NCBI GenBank assembly: GCA_038142325.1
Contig: JAYQJW010000002.1
Coordinates: 491,324-555,323 of the forward strand
Reading direction: 5' to 3'
Source of the DNA: Gammaproteobacteria bacterium
GTDB taxonomy: Bacteria > Pseudomonadota > Gammaproteobacteria > GCA-002705445 > GCA-002716945
DNA: 64,000 bases
The notes beneath the pieces are model-generated. The model had not been told where the DNA came from. It did not search any database and was given only the letters and a program-made list of their open reading frames with translations. The translations under genes and the position numbers were made by a program. Positions 44,761-57,118 of this stretch are shown piece by piece; within the stretch, counting starts at the first letter, position 1; each line of letters begins with the position of its first letter.

Positions 44761-45672
44761 TTATAAATTCCTTGTAATTTTTTTAGCTACAGCTAAAGCC
44801 TTTTGTCCTTCTACCCCAGTGGTCACAGATTTTTCTTTGCCATAACAAGCTTTTATAAAATTATTTATCTCGTCACGTAGAGAATCAGATTTTTTGAACT
44901 TATAGTCAACATGTTTGAATGTATTATTTTTATTCTTATTTAGCTTTTTCAATTCATTATTAATAAAATCAACAGAGTAGTAAGAATTTTTTAAAAATAT
45001 TCTCATTTTACGTTCATTCTTGGTACTTATCCTGCTTGCTGTTAAATTAGCAACAACATTATTTTTAAACTCTATTCGAACGTTTGCTATATCTATTAAT
45101 TCAGTAATTACTTTCTTTCCTGATACTGATATTTTTTTTATCTCGTGATTTACCAGTGATAAAACAATATCTATATCATGTATCATTAGATCCAAAACAA
45201 CATCAACATCTGTTGCTCTTGGATTAAACTTACATAATCGATGAACCTCAATAAATTCTGGACTTTTAAGTTGTGACTTTAATTTCTTTATAGCAGGATT
45301 AAATTGCTCTAAGTGTCCAATTTGTAATATACATTTATTTTTTTTTGCTATTTTATTGATTGAGCATGCTTGACTAACAGTTTCTGTCATTGGTTTCTCA
45401 AGGAGAACATGCTTTTTATTTTCCAAGAAAAATTTAGCAATTTTATGATGAGTAATTGTTGGTGTAACAATAGATACAGCATCAACTTTATCAAGAATAT
45501 CTCTATATGATTTAGATTTAAAGATATTATTATTCTTGATAATTTTAAAATTAGCCTCATCAGTATCTACAATAGATGTAACTTTGACAGATGGGTTTAA
45601 CATATACTTTTGATAATGAAATTTACCTAAATATCCTAATCCAATTATTCCAATTCTAATTTTAGTAGTCAT
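44761..45672 (-). CDS. gnnA: Gfo/Idh/MocA NAD-dependent oxidoreductase, probable GnnA
   Basis: GLGYLGKFH, LLEKPM, GHLEQFNPA, DVVLDLMIHDID, ANLTASRIS; in an operon with the aminotransferase and lpxB. Confidence 0.8.
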   Translation of the reverse strand: MTTKIRIGIIGLGYLGKFHYQKYMLNPSVKVTSIVDTDEANFKIIKNNNIFKSKSYRDILDKVDAVSIVTPTITHHKIAKFFLENKKHVLLEKPMTETVSQACSINKIAKKNKCILQIGHLEQFNPAIKKLKSQLKSPEFIEVHRLCKFNPRATDVDVVLDLMIHDIDIVLSLVNHEIKKISVSGKKVITELIDIANVRIEFKNNVVANLTASRISTKNERKMRIFLKNSYYSVDFINNELKKLNKNKNNTFKHVDYKFKKSDSLRDEINNFIKACYGKEKSVTTGVEGQKALAVAKKITRNL

Positions 45673-45690
45673 AATATATTATTATTTATA

Positions 45691-45707
45691 GTGATTTGCG
45701 AAATCAC
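45691..45707. promoter_or_regulatory. Inverted repeat in the gnnA/rnhB divergent spacer
   Basis: GTGATTT-gcg-AAATCAC perfect 7-bp dyad. Confidence 0.4.
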
Positions 45708-45723
45708 ATTATATACCATTTAG

Positions 45724-46287
45724 ATGCAATCAAGGAAAATAATAGCAGGAGTTGATGAAGTGGGTAGAGGAAGCCTTGTTGGTTCGGTTGTATCTGCTGC
45801 AGTTATATTATCTGATAACACGTCTACTGAGGATTTTAAAGATTCAAAGAAATTAAGGGAAAAAAAGAGAATAGCTATTGCAAATAATATCATTCAATCG
45901 TCTTTAAGTGTTTCAGTTGGAATTGCCACTAAAGAAGAAATTGACTTAATGAATATACACAATGCTTCATTGCTAAGTATGAAGAGAGCTATAAATAATC
46001 TTTATTTAAAACCAAATTTAGTACTTGTTGACGGTATTCATTCACCGGATATTGATATTGAATGCAGGTCAATAATTAAGGGTGACGATAAAATCAAACA
46101 AATCTCTGCAGCATCTATAATAGCAAAGGTAACAAGAGATTTTGAGATGAACTATATTGATACTAGATACCCTATGTATAGTTTAAAGGATAATAAAGGT
46201 TATTTAACGAGACAACATAAACAAGCAATAGCATCATTTGGCAAAACCATTTATCATAGAGATTCATTTTTCACACAGTATGAATAA
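45724..46287 (+). CDS. rnhB: Ribonuclease HII
   Basis: GVDEVGRG, DSKKL, IKGD, AASIIAKVTRD, NKGY. Confidence 0.96.
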   Translation: MQSRKIIAGVDEVGRGSLVGSVVSAAVILSDNTSTEDFKDSKKLREKKRIAIANNIIQSSLSVSVGIATKEEIDLMNIHNASLLSMKRAINNLYLKPNLVLVDGIHSPDIDIECRSIIKGDDKIKQISAASIIAKVTRDFEMNYIDTRYPMYSLKDNKGYLTRQHKQAIASFGKTIYHRDSFFTQYE

Positions 46288-49200
46288 TTTTACTCATTTA
46301 CATTTACACACTGCATATTCATTGAATTCAGGTACCATCAAGATAGATGATTTAGTCAGTTTCGCTAAGAAAAACAATTTCAAATCATTAGCACTGACAG
46401 ATTATTTAAATATATTTGGAGCTGTTAAATTTTATAACAAATGCATTGAAGCATCTATCAAACCTATCATTGGTTGCGAGATTCCATTACTATATGAAAA
46501 CAATATATCTGCTGGCAATATTGTTTTGCTATGTCAAAATCTTGATGGGTACTACAATATAAATAAAATATTGTCTTTAATCCATAAATCAAGATCATCT
46601 TATCTTGGTTCAAATATTGAAACTCTAAAAAAATATAATTCTGATTTAATATGTCTGTCCGGAGGGAGAAATGGCGTTAATGGTTTAAATCTACTTAGAC
46701 ATTCAAATGAGATTATGCGCGATGTTATTTCAAATTTATCTGAAATATTTATTAATAGATTCTATATTGAAATTGATAGGACTAACAGAACTAACGAAAA
46801 AGAATATAATTCTTTATCATTGACATATGCACGAGATCATAATTTACCTATTGTAGCAACCAACGATGTCATATTTATGACTGATTCTGATTATGAGGCT
46901 AATGAGGTTAAAGTATCAATAATTCAAAAAACTAAGTTAGACGATAGGGTAAATCAAGATGATTATTCTACAAGTCAATATTTTAAAACTACAACAGAAA
47001 TGACATCTTTGTATAAAGATTTAAAATCTGCTCTCACGAATGTGGAAAATATTATAGAAAGATGTAATTTTAAATTCCCTGATTTTAAATATCATCTACC
47101 TAAATTTACAAACCCATCATCTAAAAGTGATACACAGTATTTTAATGATCTTTGTCATGATGGACTGAGAGATTATTTAGGCTCAAGCACATTAGATAAC
47201 AAAATTTATGAAGAAAGGCTTGAGGAAGAAATTCGAGTAATAAATAATATGGGTTTTTCCAGCTATTTTCTTATCGTTCAAGAATTTATTACGTGGGCAA
47301 GAAAAAATGATGTTCCAGTTGGTCCAGGTAGGGGCTCTGGAGCTGGATCATTAGTGGCTTTTGTTCTGGGTATTACAAACATTGACCCACTTAAATATAA
47401 TTTGCTTTTTGAGAGGTTTTTAAATCAAGAGAGAATATCAATGCCTGATTTTGATACAGATTTTTGTATGAATAAGCGTCAGAAGGTAATTGATCATATT
47501 ATTGATACATACGGACAGGATAAAGTATCACAAATCATAACTTACAATACACTATCAGCACGAGCCGTGATAAGAGATGTCGGTAGAGTTCTAGATTATA
47601 CATATGGGTTTGTTGACACAATTGCCAAGCTTGTTCCATTTACGCTTGGCATCACTATAGATGAAGCCCTAAAAGCTAGCAAAGAGCTCTCAAAAGAATA
47701 TAAAAGTAAAGACGATGTTAAAATACTTATTGATTTAGCTAAAAAAATTGAGGGACTTCCACGTGGTGCAGGAACACATGCAGCTGGTATAGTTATTGCG
47801 CCTTCAGATATCACAGATTTTATGCCGCTTTATTCTTTAGAAGATAAAGATGACCTTATCACTCAATTTGATAAAGATGATAATGAATCATTAGGCCTTG
47901 TAAAGTTTGATATTCTTGGCCTTACAACTCTTACCGTGATAGATGATACATTGAAATTGATTAAAAAAAATAAACATAATTTCAAATTAAACTCTATACC
48001 ACTTGATGACAGTAAAGTTTTTTCACTACTAAAAAAGAAAATGACAACAGGTATTTTTCAACTTGAATCATTAGGAATGAAAAAATACATGGCTCAACTA
48101 ATGCCTGACAAATTTGAGGATATTGTGGCTTTAGTAGCCCTATATAGACCTGGCCCTCTTGGAACAAATATGGTTGATGACTTTATTGCAAATAAACACG
48201 GCGCTGAAATCAAATATGAACATCCATTACTAGAAAAGATACTTTCTGAGACAAATGGATTAATTTTGTATCAAGAACAAGTAATGGAAATTGCTAAATC
48301 TTTAGGTGGTTATTCACTTGGCGATGCTGATCTATTGAGAAGAGCCATGGGTAAGAAAAAACAAAAAGAAATGGAAAATCATAGATCAAGATTTATAAAT
48401 GGATGCAAGAAAAATAATATAAACGAAATAACCTCAATATCTATTTTTGATAAGATGGAAAAGTTTGCTGGATATGGTTTCAATAAATCTCATTCTGTCG
48501 CATATGCGATGCTATCCTATCAAACTGCTTATCTTAAAGCATACTATACAAGTGAATTTCTTGCTGCTGCTATGTCTTCAGATATGGATAATACAAATAA
48601 AATTATTAATTTATTATCTGCATGTAATGAAATGGATATTATTGTTTTATCACCAGATATAAATTCATCAAGTTATCGATTCCTTCCGACAAAGAAAGAT
48701 ACAATCAGTTATGGTTTATGTGCTATTAAGGGCGTTGGCGATAATGCAGCAAAACACATTTGTGAAATTAGAAATAAAACTGGACCATATAAAAATATTG
48801 AAGATTTCTGCTCAAGAGTAAATTTAAATACTGTCAATTCAGGTACTATAGATGCATTAATATCATCGGGCTGCTTTGACAAAATAAATGAATCTTCAAG
48901 ATTGTCTACTATAGAAAATCTAAATATCATTATGTCGCAAGGACAGAAAAATCAACTTGATATAGCAGCTGGCCAAAATGAACTCTTTTCCTCATCCGAA
49001 TCAATATTACAATCTAATATCCCAAAAAAAATTGTCAAAATTTCTCCGTCTAATAAAGAGCTTATAATGGAAAGAAAAGTTCTTGGTTATTACATGTCTA
49101 AACATCCAATGGAATCATATCTTAATGAATTAAATGATATGAATCTTAAAGAATATATTATCAATAAATAACTATATTATTGATAATTCAATAGCTAAGC

Positions 49201-49706
49201 TAAATACAACCATTTCAGGCGTCATTATAGATTCTCGTATACAAAAGATAGGTAAAAATAAATACCTTAATATTTTCAAAGTGGATGATGGCAGTGGATT
49301 TATTAATGCTTCATTTTTTGAAGAAAAATATCTCACTTACAAGCATCATATCAAAGAGGATGTGATTTTATTTTTTCATGGTGAAACTTTTATTGATGAA
49401 TATGATTCACAACTTTCAATGAGAGTAGATAATGTCTATTCATTAAATGATGCTAGAGAAAGACACTCTAAATATATTGAAATCATATTGACTGCTGATT
49501 TAAAATCCAAAGAAACATTACAATCTATTAAAAATATTATCACTGAATCTGAAGCAGGAAATACTAAAGTAACTATATCTTATGTGTCCAGAGATCTTCT
49601 TGTTCCAATAAAATTCACGAAAGAGATATCCATTAAAATCAATGATAAATTAATGCAATCACTGCAATCTATCGTTGGCACTAAAAATGTTATAATAAAA
49701 TACTAA
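46280..49706 (+). CDS. dnaE: DNA polymerase III alpha subunit (frameshift ~49150)
   Basis: PHP start FTHLHLHTAYS, GRGSGAGSLVA, MPDFDTDF, YGFNKSHS; OB-fold and C-terminus in the next frame. Confidence 0.96.
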
Positions 49707-49740
49707 TAGAATTATTATTGATAATAATTATAATGTAGAG

Positions 49741-50706
49741 ATGTCAGAATATAATATAAACTATCTTGATTTTGAGCAGCCTCTATTAGAAATAGAAAAT
49801 AAGATTGCATCAATCAAAACTAGCGCAAGTACATCTCAAGGCGATAGAAATAAAATCGATTCATTGAATAAAGAGTTAGAGAAAAATATCTCTAAAATAT
49901 TTTCTTCTTTATCTGATTGGCAAATTTCTCAACTCGCAAGACATCCTTTACGTCCTTATACGCTTGATTATGTTTCTAATATTTTTGATGATTTTGTAGA
50001 GATTCATGGAGATAGAATGTTTGGTGATGACAAGGCGATTATTTGTGGGTTAGCAAAGCTTGATGGAAGATCGATTATATTAATTGGACATCAAAAGGGA
50101 AGGGACTCAAAAGATAAAGTATTTAGAAACTTTGGTATGCCTAAACCTGAGGGATATAGAAAAGCGTTGCGAGCAATGAAACTTGCGGAAAAATTTAAAA
50201 TACCAATCGTCACGTTCATTGACACTCCAGGCGCATATCCTGGTATAGATGCTGAATCGAGAAATCAAAGCATTGCAATAGCAGACAATCTTTACCAAAT
50301 GTCAAAAATCAAATGCCCTATCATATCTATAGTTATAGGAGAAGGAGGATCGGGTGGTGCACTTGCGATTGGTGTGGCAGATAAGTTAGGAATGCTACAA
50401 TATAGTATTTATTCTGTTATTAGCCCTGAAGGATGCGCTTCTATACTTTGGAAAGATGCATCTAAAGCAAATATTGCTGCAGAAGCACTGTCTATAACTT
50501 CAAAAAAATTATTAGAACATAAATTAATCGATAAGATTATTCCAGAACCTATTGGTGCAGCACACAGAGATTATAATGCCATGTATTCATCACTTAAAAC
50601 TAATATCATTGAGTTGATTGACGAAGTAGAAATAATTCCTATTTCAGAACTTTTAGAAATTAGAAATTCAAAAATTTCATCTTATGGACAATTTGAATCT
50701 TCCTGA
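49741..50706 (+). CDS. accA: Acetyl-CoA carboxylase carboxyltransferase alpha
   Basis: LDFEQP, ARHPLRP, DTPGAYPG, GEGGSGGALA. Confidence 0.97.
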   Translation: MSEYNINYLDFEQPLLEIENKIASIKTSASTSQGDRNKIDSLNKELEKNISKIFSSLSDWQISQLARHPLRPYTLDYVSNIFDDFVEIHGDRMFGDDKAIICGLAKLDGRSIILIGHQKGRDSKDKVFRNFGMPKPEGYRKALRAMKLAEKFKIPIVTFIDTPGAYPGIDAESRNQSIAIADNLYQMSKIKCPIISIVIGEGGSGGALAIGVADKLGMLQYSIYSVISPEGCASILWKDASKANIAAEALSITSKKLLEHKLIDKIIPEPIGAAHRDYNAMYSSLKTNIIELIDEVEIIPISELLEIRNSKISSYGQFESS

Positions 50707-51961
50707 AGCTAAACAGCTTGTAAATAACTTACTTAATAAATCAAAAAACAAAGACTTTCTTGTTGGTATTAGTGGTGGAGTTGATTCACTTGTACTTCTA
50801 TCAATAATTAACGAATTGAAATTGACATATGATTATAATTTTAGGGCCATTCATATCAATCATAACTTTTCAAGTAATTCAAATGAAATGGAAAGTCGTT
50901 GCATAGACGTATGTAACCAATATGATATAGACCTTATCATAAAACATATTCAGCCAACTAAGACATCAAATATAGAGGAATACCTCAGAGAAAAACGATA
51001 TGAAATATTTCTGGATACTCTTTCTGAAAATGAATCCCTTGTGCTTGCTCATCATTTAGATGATCAGGTTGAAACATTTTTTTATCGTTTATTTCGAGGC
51101 TCATCTCCAATTGGTTTATCATCTATGAAAAAGATATCAATAAAAAATAATAAAATTATTTACAGACCACTTTTATCTATTTCAAAAAGTATAATTATTA
51201 ACCTTGCTAAACAATTTAGTTTGAATTTTGTAAATGATACAACTAATGATGACTTAAATTATCATAGAAATTATATTAGGAAAAAAATCATACCTCCTAT
51301 AAAAAAAATTTGGCCTGAACTCAATCAGGTTATGTATCATAATATTTTATTGCAGGATCAGTATAATAAGTTAGCAAATGATTATTGCGCCAAAATATAT
51401 AATGATATTATTATCAATAATAATCTTGAAATAAACAGACTCAAAGTATTTCCAGAACACATACATACTATCTTCATAAAATTTTGGATTGAGAAAAATA
51501 TTAATTTTAAGCTCTCTAAGAACGATTTATCTAATCTGTTAAATATAGTAAATAGTAATAATAATGATTATCCGAGATATTTATTAAATGATAAAGTTAT
51601 TACAAAATATAATAATACTTTATACATACTCTCTGCTCATGAAAAGCATTTAATAAAAGACAAAGTGTGGGATCTTAAAAATGATATTGTGTTTGGAAAA
51701 AGAAAAATATTAATTGAAAAATTAAAAGAAAAAGGTATTTATGATTATTTGTTTAATAAAGCGCCTATTACTCTTAAATCATTTAATGGAAAGGAAAAGA
51801 TATCATTAAATAAAAACTTTTCTCAATATTTAAAAAAAGTTTTCCAAAGCAACTCAATCCCTACATGGGAAAGAGATAGATTTATACTACTTTTTTCTCA
51901 AGAAACTCTGTTAGTTGCCTATAGTGAGAACCATATTTTTATTTCATCATATATAAGATAA
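50684..51961 (+). CDS. tilS: tRNA(Ile)-lysidine synthetase
   Basis: SGGVDS, AHHLDDQVET, YRPLL, RNYIR. Confidence 0.94.
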   Translation: MDNLNLPEAKQLVNNLLNKSKNKDFLVGISGGVDSLVLLSIINELKLTYDYNFRAIHINHNFSSNSNEMESRCIDVCNQYDIDLIIKHIQPTKTSNIEEYLREKRYEIFLDTLSENESLVLAHHLDDQVETFFYRLFRGSSPIGLSSMKKISIKNNKIIYRPLLSISKSIIINLAKQFSLNFVNDTTNDDLNYHRNYIRKKIIPPIKKIWPELNQVMYHNILLQDQYNKLANDYCAKIYNDIIINNNLEINRLKVFPEHIHTIFIKFWIEKNINFKLSKNDLSNLLNIVNSNNNDYPRYLLNDKVITKYNNTLYILSAHEKHLIKDKVWDLKNDIVFGKRKILIEKLKEKGIYDYLFNKAPITLKSFNGKEKISLNKNFSQYLKKVFQSNSIPTWERDRFILLFSQETLLVAYSENHIFISSYIR

Positions 51962-52005
51962 ATCTATATCTTTTTACCTTTATGCATTATAATTTAAGCA
52001 TCTGA

Positions 52006-53622
52006 ATGGCTAGATATATATTTATTACAGGTGGTGTTGTATCATCCCTTGGAAAAGGTATTGCAGCCGCCTCCCTAGCATCATTGTTCAAACTACGAGG
52101 CTATAAAGTTTCCTTACAAAAACTCGACCCATACATCAATCTTGATCCTGGTACTATGAGTCCTTTTCAACATGGTGAAGTGTTTGTTACTGAAGATGGA
52201 GCAGAGACAGATCTTGATCTTGGTCATTACGAGAGATTTGTTGGTATTACTATGAATCAAAATTCAAATGTTACTGCTGGAAGAGTTTACTCAAATGTGA
52301 TCAAAAAAGAAAGAGAAGGAAAATATCTTGGTAGTACTGTACAAGTGATACCACATGTTACTGATGAAATAAAAAAATTAATAAAATTAGGCTCTAAAGG
52401 TGCAGATGTCTCATTCGTTGAGGTTGGTGGTACTGTAGGTGATATAGAATCATTACCTTTTCTTGAATCAATCAGACAGCTGAATATGGAAATGTATGAT
52501 GGCCATACATTATTTATTCATCTAACACTCCTGCCGCTAGTAGAAGTCACTAATGAAATCAAAACAAAACCCACACAGCATTCTGTCAAAGAATTAAGAT
52601 CAATAGGGATACAACCAGATATATTATTATGTCGTGCTAAAAATAAGTTAAATAATCATATCAAAAATAAAATATCATTATTTACAAATGTATCTAATGA
52701 CGCTGTTTTTTCAGCTCAAGATGCATCATCAATATATGAAATACCTATTGACTATAAACAGCAAAAAATTGATAGCTATATACTTAAAAAACTTAAATTA
52801 CCAAACAAGAAGTCTGTTATCAAACCATGGATAAGTTTTACTAATAAGATTAAAAAATGCAATAAAAAATTAACTATTGGTATGGTAGGAAAGTATGTTG
52901 AACTCGAAGATTCTTATAAATCTTTAAATGAGTCTCTTTTACATGCGTCTATACATAATCAAATTTCATTGGAAATTAAATTTATTGATTCTGAGGATAT
53001 AAAGAAATCAAATATGAAATTACTCAATAATTTACAAGGTATAGTTGTGCCAGGTGGATTTGGAAATCGAGGTATTGAAGGTAAGATTCTTACGGCACAA
53101 CATGCGCGAACTAAAAATATACCTTATTTAGGTATTTGCTTAGGTATGCAAATATCTGTTATTGAGTATGCTAGAAACGTTCTTGGCTTTAAAAAAGCAA
53201 ATAGTACTGAATTTGACATGAATACACCATATCCCGTAATATCTCTTGTTTCAGAGTGGGAGGATTTTCTAAAAGGTAATATGAAGGGGACAACAAAAAA
53301 TCTTGGAGGAACTATGCGTTTAGGTGCACAAGAATGCAGCCTTGTTACACCTTCTTTAGCTTATAAACTGTATAAGAAAAAGACTATCACTGAGAGACAT
53401 AGACACCGATATGAGGTAAATAATAAATATATATCTGATTTTAATGATTCTGATTTATTGTTTTCTGGATTTTCTGGAGATTATAATTTAGTTGAAATAC
53501 TTGAGCTAAAAAATCATCCCTGGTATTTAGCAAGTCAATTTCATCCTGAATTTACATCCTCACCAATGAATGGCCATCCTTTATTTAATAATTTCATTAA
53601 AACTTCTTATGAAACAAAATAA
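52006..53622 (+). CDS. pyrG: CTP synthase
   Basis: TGGVVSSLGKG, DLDLGHYERF, GICLGMQ, QFHPEF. Confidence 0.98.
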   Translation: MARYIFITGGVVSSLGKGIAAASLASLFKLRGYKVSLQKLDPYINLDPGTMSPFQHGEVFVTEDGAETDLDLGHYERFVGITMNQNSNVTAGRVYSNVIKKEREGKYLGSTVQVIPHVTDEIKKLIKLGSKGADVSFVEVGGTVGDIESLPFLESIRQLNMEMYDGHTLFIHLTLLPLVEVTNEIKTKPTQHSVKELRSIGIQPDILLCRAKNKLNNHIKNKISLFTNVSNDAVFSAQDASSIYEIPIDYKQQKIDSYILKKLKLPNKKSVIKPWISFTNKIKKCNKKLTIGMVGKYVELEDSYKSLNESLLHASIHNQISLEIKFIDSEDIKKSNMKLLNNLQGIVVPGGFGNRGIEGKILTAQHARTKNIPYLGICLGMQISVIEYARNVLGFKKANSTEFDMNTPYPVISLVSEWEDFLKGNMKGTTKNLGGTMRLGAQECSLVTPSLAYKLYKKKTITERHRHRYEVNNKYISDFNDSDLLFSGFSGDYNLVEILELKNHPWYLASQFHPEFTSSPMNGHPLFNNFIKTSYETK

Positions 53623-54427
53623 ATTTAAATTAGTATCTAAAGAATACTTAACTATCATTTCTGGACCATGCGCAATTGAATCAGAGAAATCAGCAATGTT
53701 TACTGCTGAGTATTTAAAAAACATTACCGAAAAGTATGATATCAACTTTATTTACAAGTCTTCATTTGATAAAGCGAATAGATCGTCAGTAACATCAAAG
53801 AGAGGAGTGGGTATTAAAGATGGTCTTGAGATTCTTAATAAGGTGAGAAATACATTTGAAATTCCTGTACTGACAGATGTGCATGAATACACGCCATTTG
53901 ATGAAGTAGCTGATGTTGTAGATGTTTTGCAGACTCCTGCATTTCTATGCAGACAAACAGATTTTATTACTAAAGTTGCATCTACTCAGGCGCCGATAAA
54001 TATAAAAAAGGGTCAATTTATGTCGCCTGATGAGATGAAGTTTGTTCTAGATAAAGCCTATTCAACAGGAAATAAAAATATTTATCTATGTGAAAGAGGG
54101 TATATGTTTGGTTATAATAACCTTGTTTCTGACATGAGATCATTAGTGATTATGAAAGAAAATGACTGTCCCATTGTTTATGATGCTTCTCATTCTGTAC
54201 AAAGGCCAGGCGCTAAAGTTGGCGCATCTAGCGGCGATAGTAAATTTATTATCCCACTAGCTAGAGCTGCATGTGCGGTAGGAATTGATGGTTTATTTGT
54301 TGAATCTCATCCATATCCTGCTAATGCTATAAGTGATGGTGATAATTGTATAAATATCAATGATATAGAAATTCTTATAAAAAATATAATTAGCATAAAT
54401 AATGCCAGAGCTGTGGAGTTAACTTAA
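53609..54427 (+). CDS. kdsA: KDO-8-phosphate synthase
   Basis: GPCAIE, FDKANRSS, PAFLCRQTD, KKGQF, DASHSVQ. Confidence 0.96.
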   Translation: MKQNKFKLVSKEYLTIISGPCAIESEKSAMFTAEYLKNITEKYDINFIYKSSFDKANRSSVTSKRGVGIKDGLEILNKVRNTFEIPVLTDVHEYTPFDEVADVVDVLQTPAFLCRQTDFITKVASTQAPINIKKGQFMSPDEMKFVLDKAYSTGNKNIYLCERGYMFGYNNLVSDMRSLVIMKENDCPIVYDASHSVQRPGAKVGASSGDSKFIIPLARAACAVGIDGLFVESHPYPANAISDGDNCININDIEILIKNIISINNARAVELT

Positions 54428-54430
54428 AAA

Positions 54431-55706
<1,276 letters not shown>

Positions 55707-55707
<1 letters not shown>

Positions 55708-55983
55708 TGAAAAAATTCTTTTTTTCTAGGACTGTTAATTTTTATTAACTTTCAGCATTCTCTTTTTTTTTTGCTAATAATAATATAGTTGATTTTTTCT
55801 ATTTAAATTCTCAAAATAATCTTTTAAAAGAAAAAAATATCAAAATTAAATCAAGCTAATAAAAAAATATCAATGGAAATAAATGAGCTTAGATCATCAA
55901 AACATGCACTAGAAAACTTTGCTAGATATAATTTAGGACTTGTTAAAAGTGATGAGATATATGTTCATATAATTAACAAATGA
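55707..55983 (+). CDS. ftsB: Cell division protein FtsB (frameshifted in homopolymers; missing from ORF track)
   Basis: 5' MKKFFFLGLLIFINFQHSLF; 3' EINELRSSKHALENFARYNLGLVKSDEIYVHIINK*; eno-ftsB-ispD synteny. Confidence 0.85.
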
Positions 55984-56645
55984 ATACACAGATTTCAGTG
56001 ATAATGTTGGGTGCAGGTAAAAGCAAAAGATTTGATTCTTCAGAATTAAAGCAAAATTATAAAATTAAAAATAAATCTTTACTAGATTATTCAAGAAACT
56101 TCTTTTCTAAATATTTTAAATCATCAAAAAGATATATCGTGATTAATAAAAGAGTGAAAGTTAAATCTCTTCAAAAAAATGAGCATATAACATTAGGCTC
56201 AACATCTCGTTTGAAGTCATTAAATAATTGTTTAAATTATATTTATAATAATAATTTAAAAACGTCGCTTACAATGGTACATGATGTTGCAAGGCCAGTT
56301 TTAAATCTATCTGATATAACTAAAATGATTAAATCATTAAATAATAAAACAGATGGCGTATCTCTTGGCTACCCGGTTACTAATGCCATAAAAGAGTTAT
56401 CTAATCTAAATGTTAAGAATAATATTATTAGAGATCATTTATGGTCATCTTTTACTCCTCAAATCTTTAAAACAGATAAACTTTATAAATCAATTCAAGC
56501 TTGTATTGCCAATGAAACTGAAATTGATGATGATATAGAAGCTTTGGTTCTTAATAATCTTAAATGCTCCTTAATTATGTCTAATCCCATAAATATTAAA
56601 ATCACTTATTTAAGTGACCTTCAATACATCAAGAATCTATTATGA
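55980..56645 (+). CDS. ispD: MEP cytidylyltransferase (divergent)
   Basis: GAGKSKRF, VHDVARP, TPQIF, NIKITY. Confidence 0.9.
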   Translation: MNTQISVIMLGAGKSKRFDSSELKQNYKIKNKSLLDYSRNFFSKYFKSSKRYIVINKRVKVKSLQKNEHITLGSTSRLKSLNNCLNYIYNNNLKTSLTMVHDVARPVLNLSDITKMIKSLNNKTDGVSLGYPVTNAIKELSNLNVKNNIIRDHLWSSFTPQIFKTDKLYKSIQACIANETEIDDDIEALVLNNLKCSLIMSNPINIKITYLSDLQYIKNLL

Positions 56646-57118
56646 ATGACTTTAAAATAGGGTTTGGATTTGACTTTCATAAACTTATAAAAGGAAACAC
56701 TATTAGGCTTGCAGGCATTAATATTCCATCTGAATATTCTGTCGATGCTCACTCAGACGGTGATATTGTATTTCATGCATTATCTGATGCCATTTATGGC
56801 GCATTAGCTCAAGGTGACATAGGTACACATTTTCCCTCAAACAATGACAATAAAAATATTGATAGTAAACAAATCATCAATCATGCACTGTCGCTTTTAC
56901 AATCTGATAATTACTCTATTAATAATATTGATATAACTATCGTACTTGAGAAGCCGCATCTTCAAACAAAGGTTAATGACATGCGCTTAAATCTAGCTAA
57001 GATATTAGGTTGTGAAACCAGTCTCATAGGCATAAAATCATCAACGTATCAGAAAACTGGTATTATTGGTAACAATCAAGGCATAGCTTGCTATGTTAAT
57101 ATTTTGATAAAAAAATGA
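56642..57118 (+). CDS. ispF: MEcDP synthase
   Basis: GFGFDFH, HSDGDIVFHALSDA, GDIGTHFP. Confidence 0.95.
   Translation: MNDFKIGFGFDFHKLIKGNTIRLAGINIPSEYSVDAHSDGDIVFHALSDAIYGALAQGDIGTHFPSNNDNKNIDSKQIINHALSLLQSDNYSINNIDITIVLEKPHLQTKVNDMRLNLAKILGCETSLIGIKSSTYQKTGIIGNNQGIACYVNILIKK

Noticed and set aside
46280-49706. Split or intein-containing DnaE; unusual PHP domain
   Set aside because: The break is a one-base indel with no intein motifs. Loss of PHP metal ligands is normal for proteobacterial DnaE.
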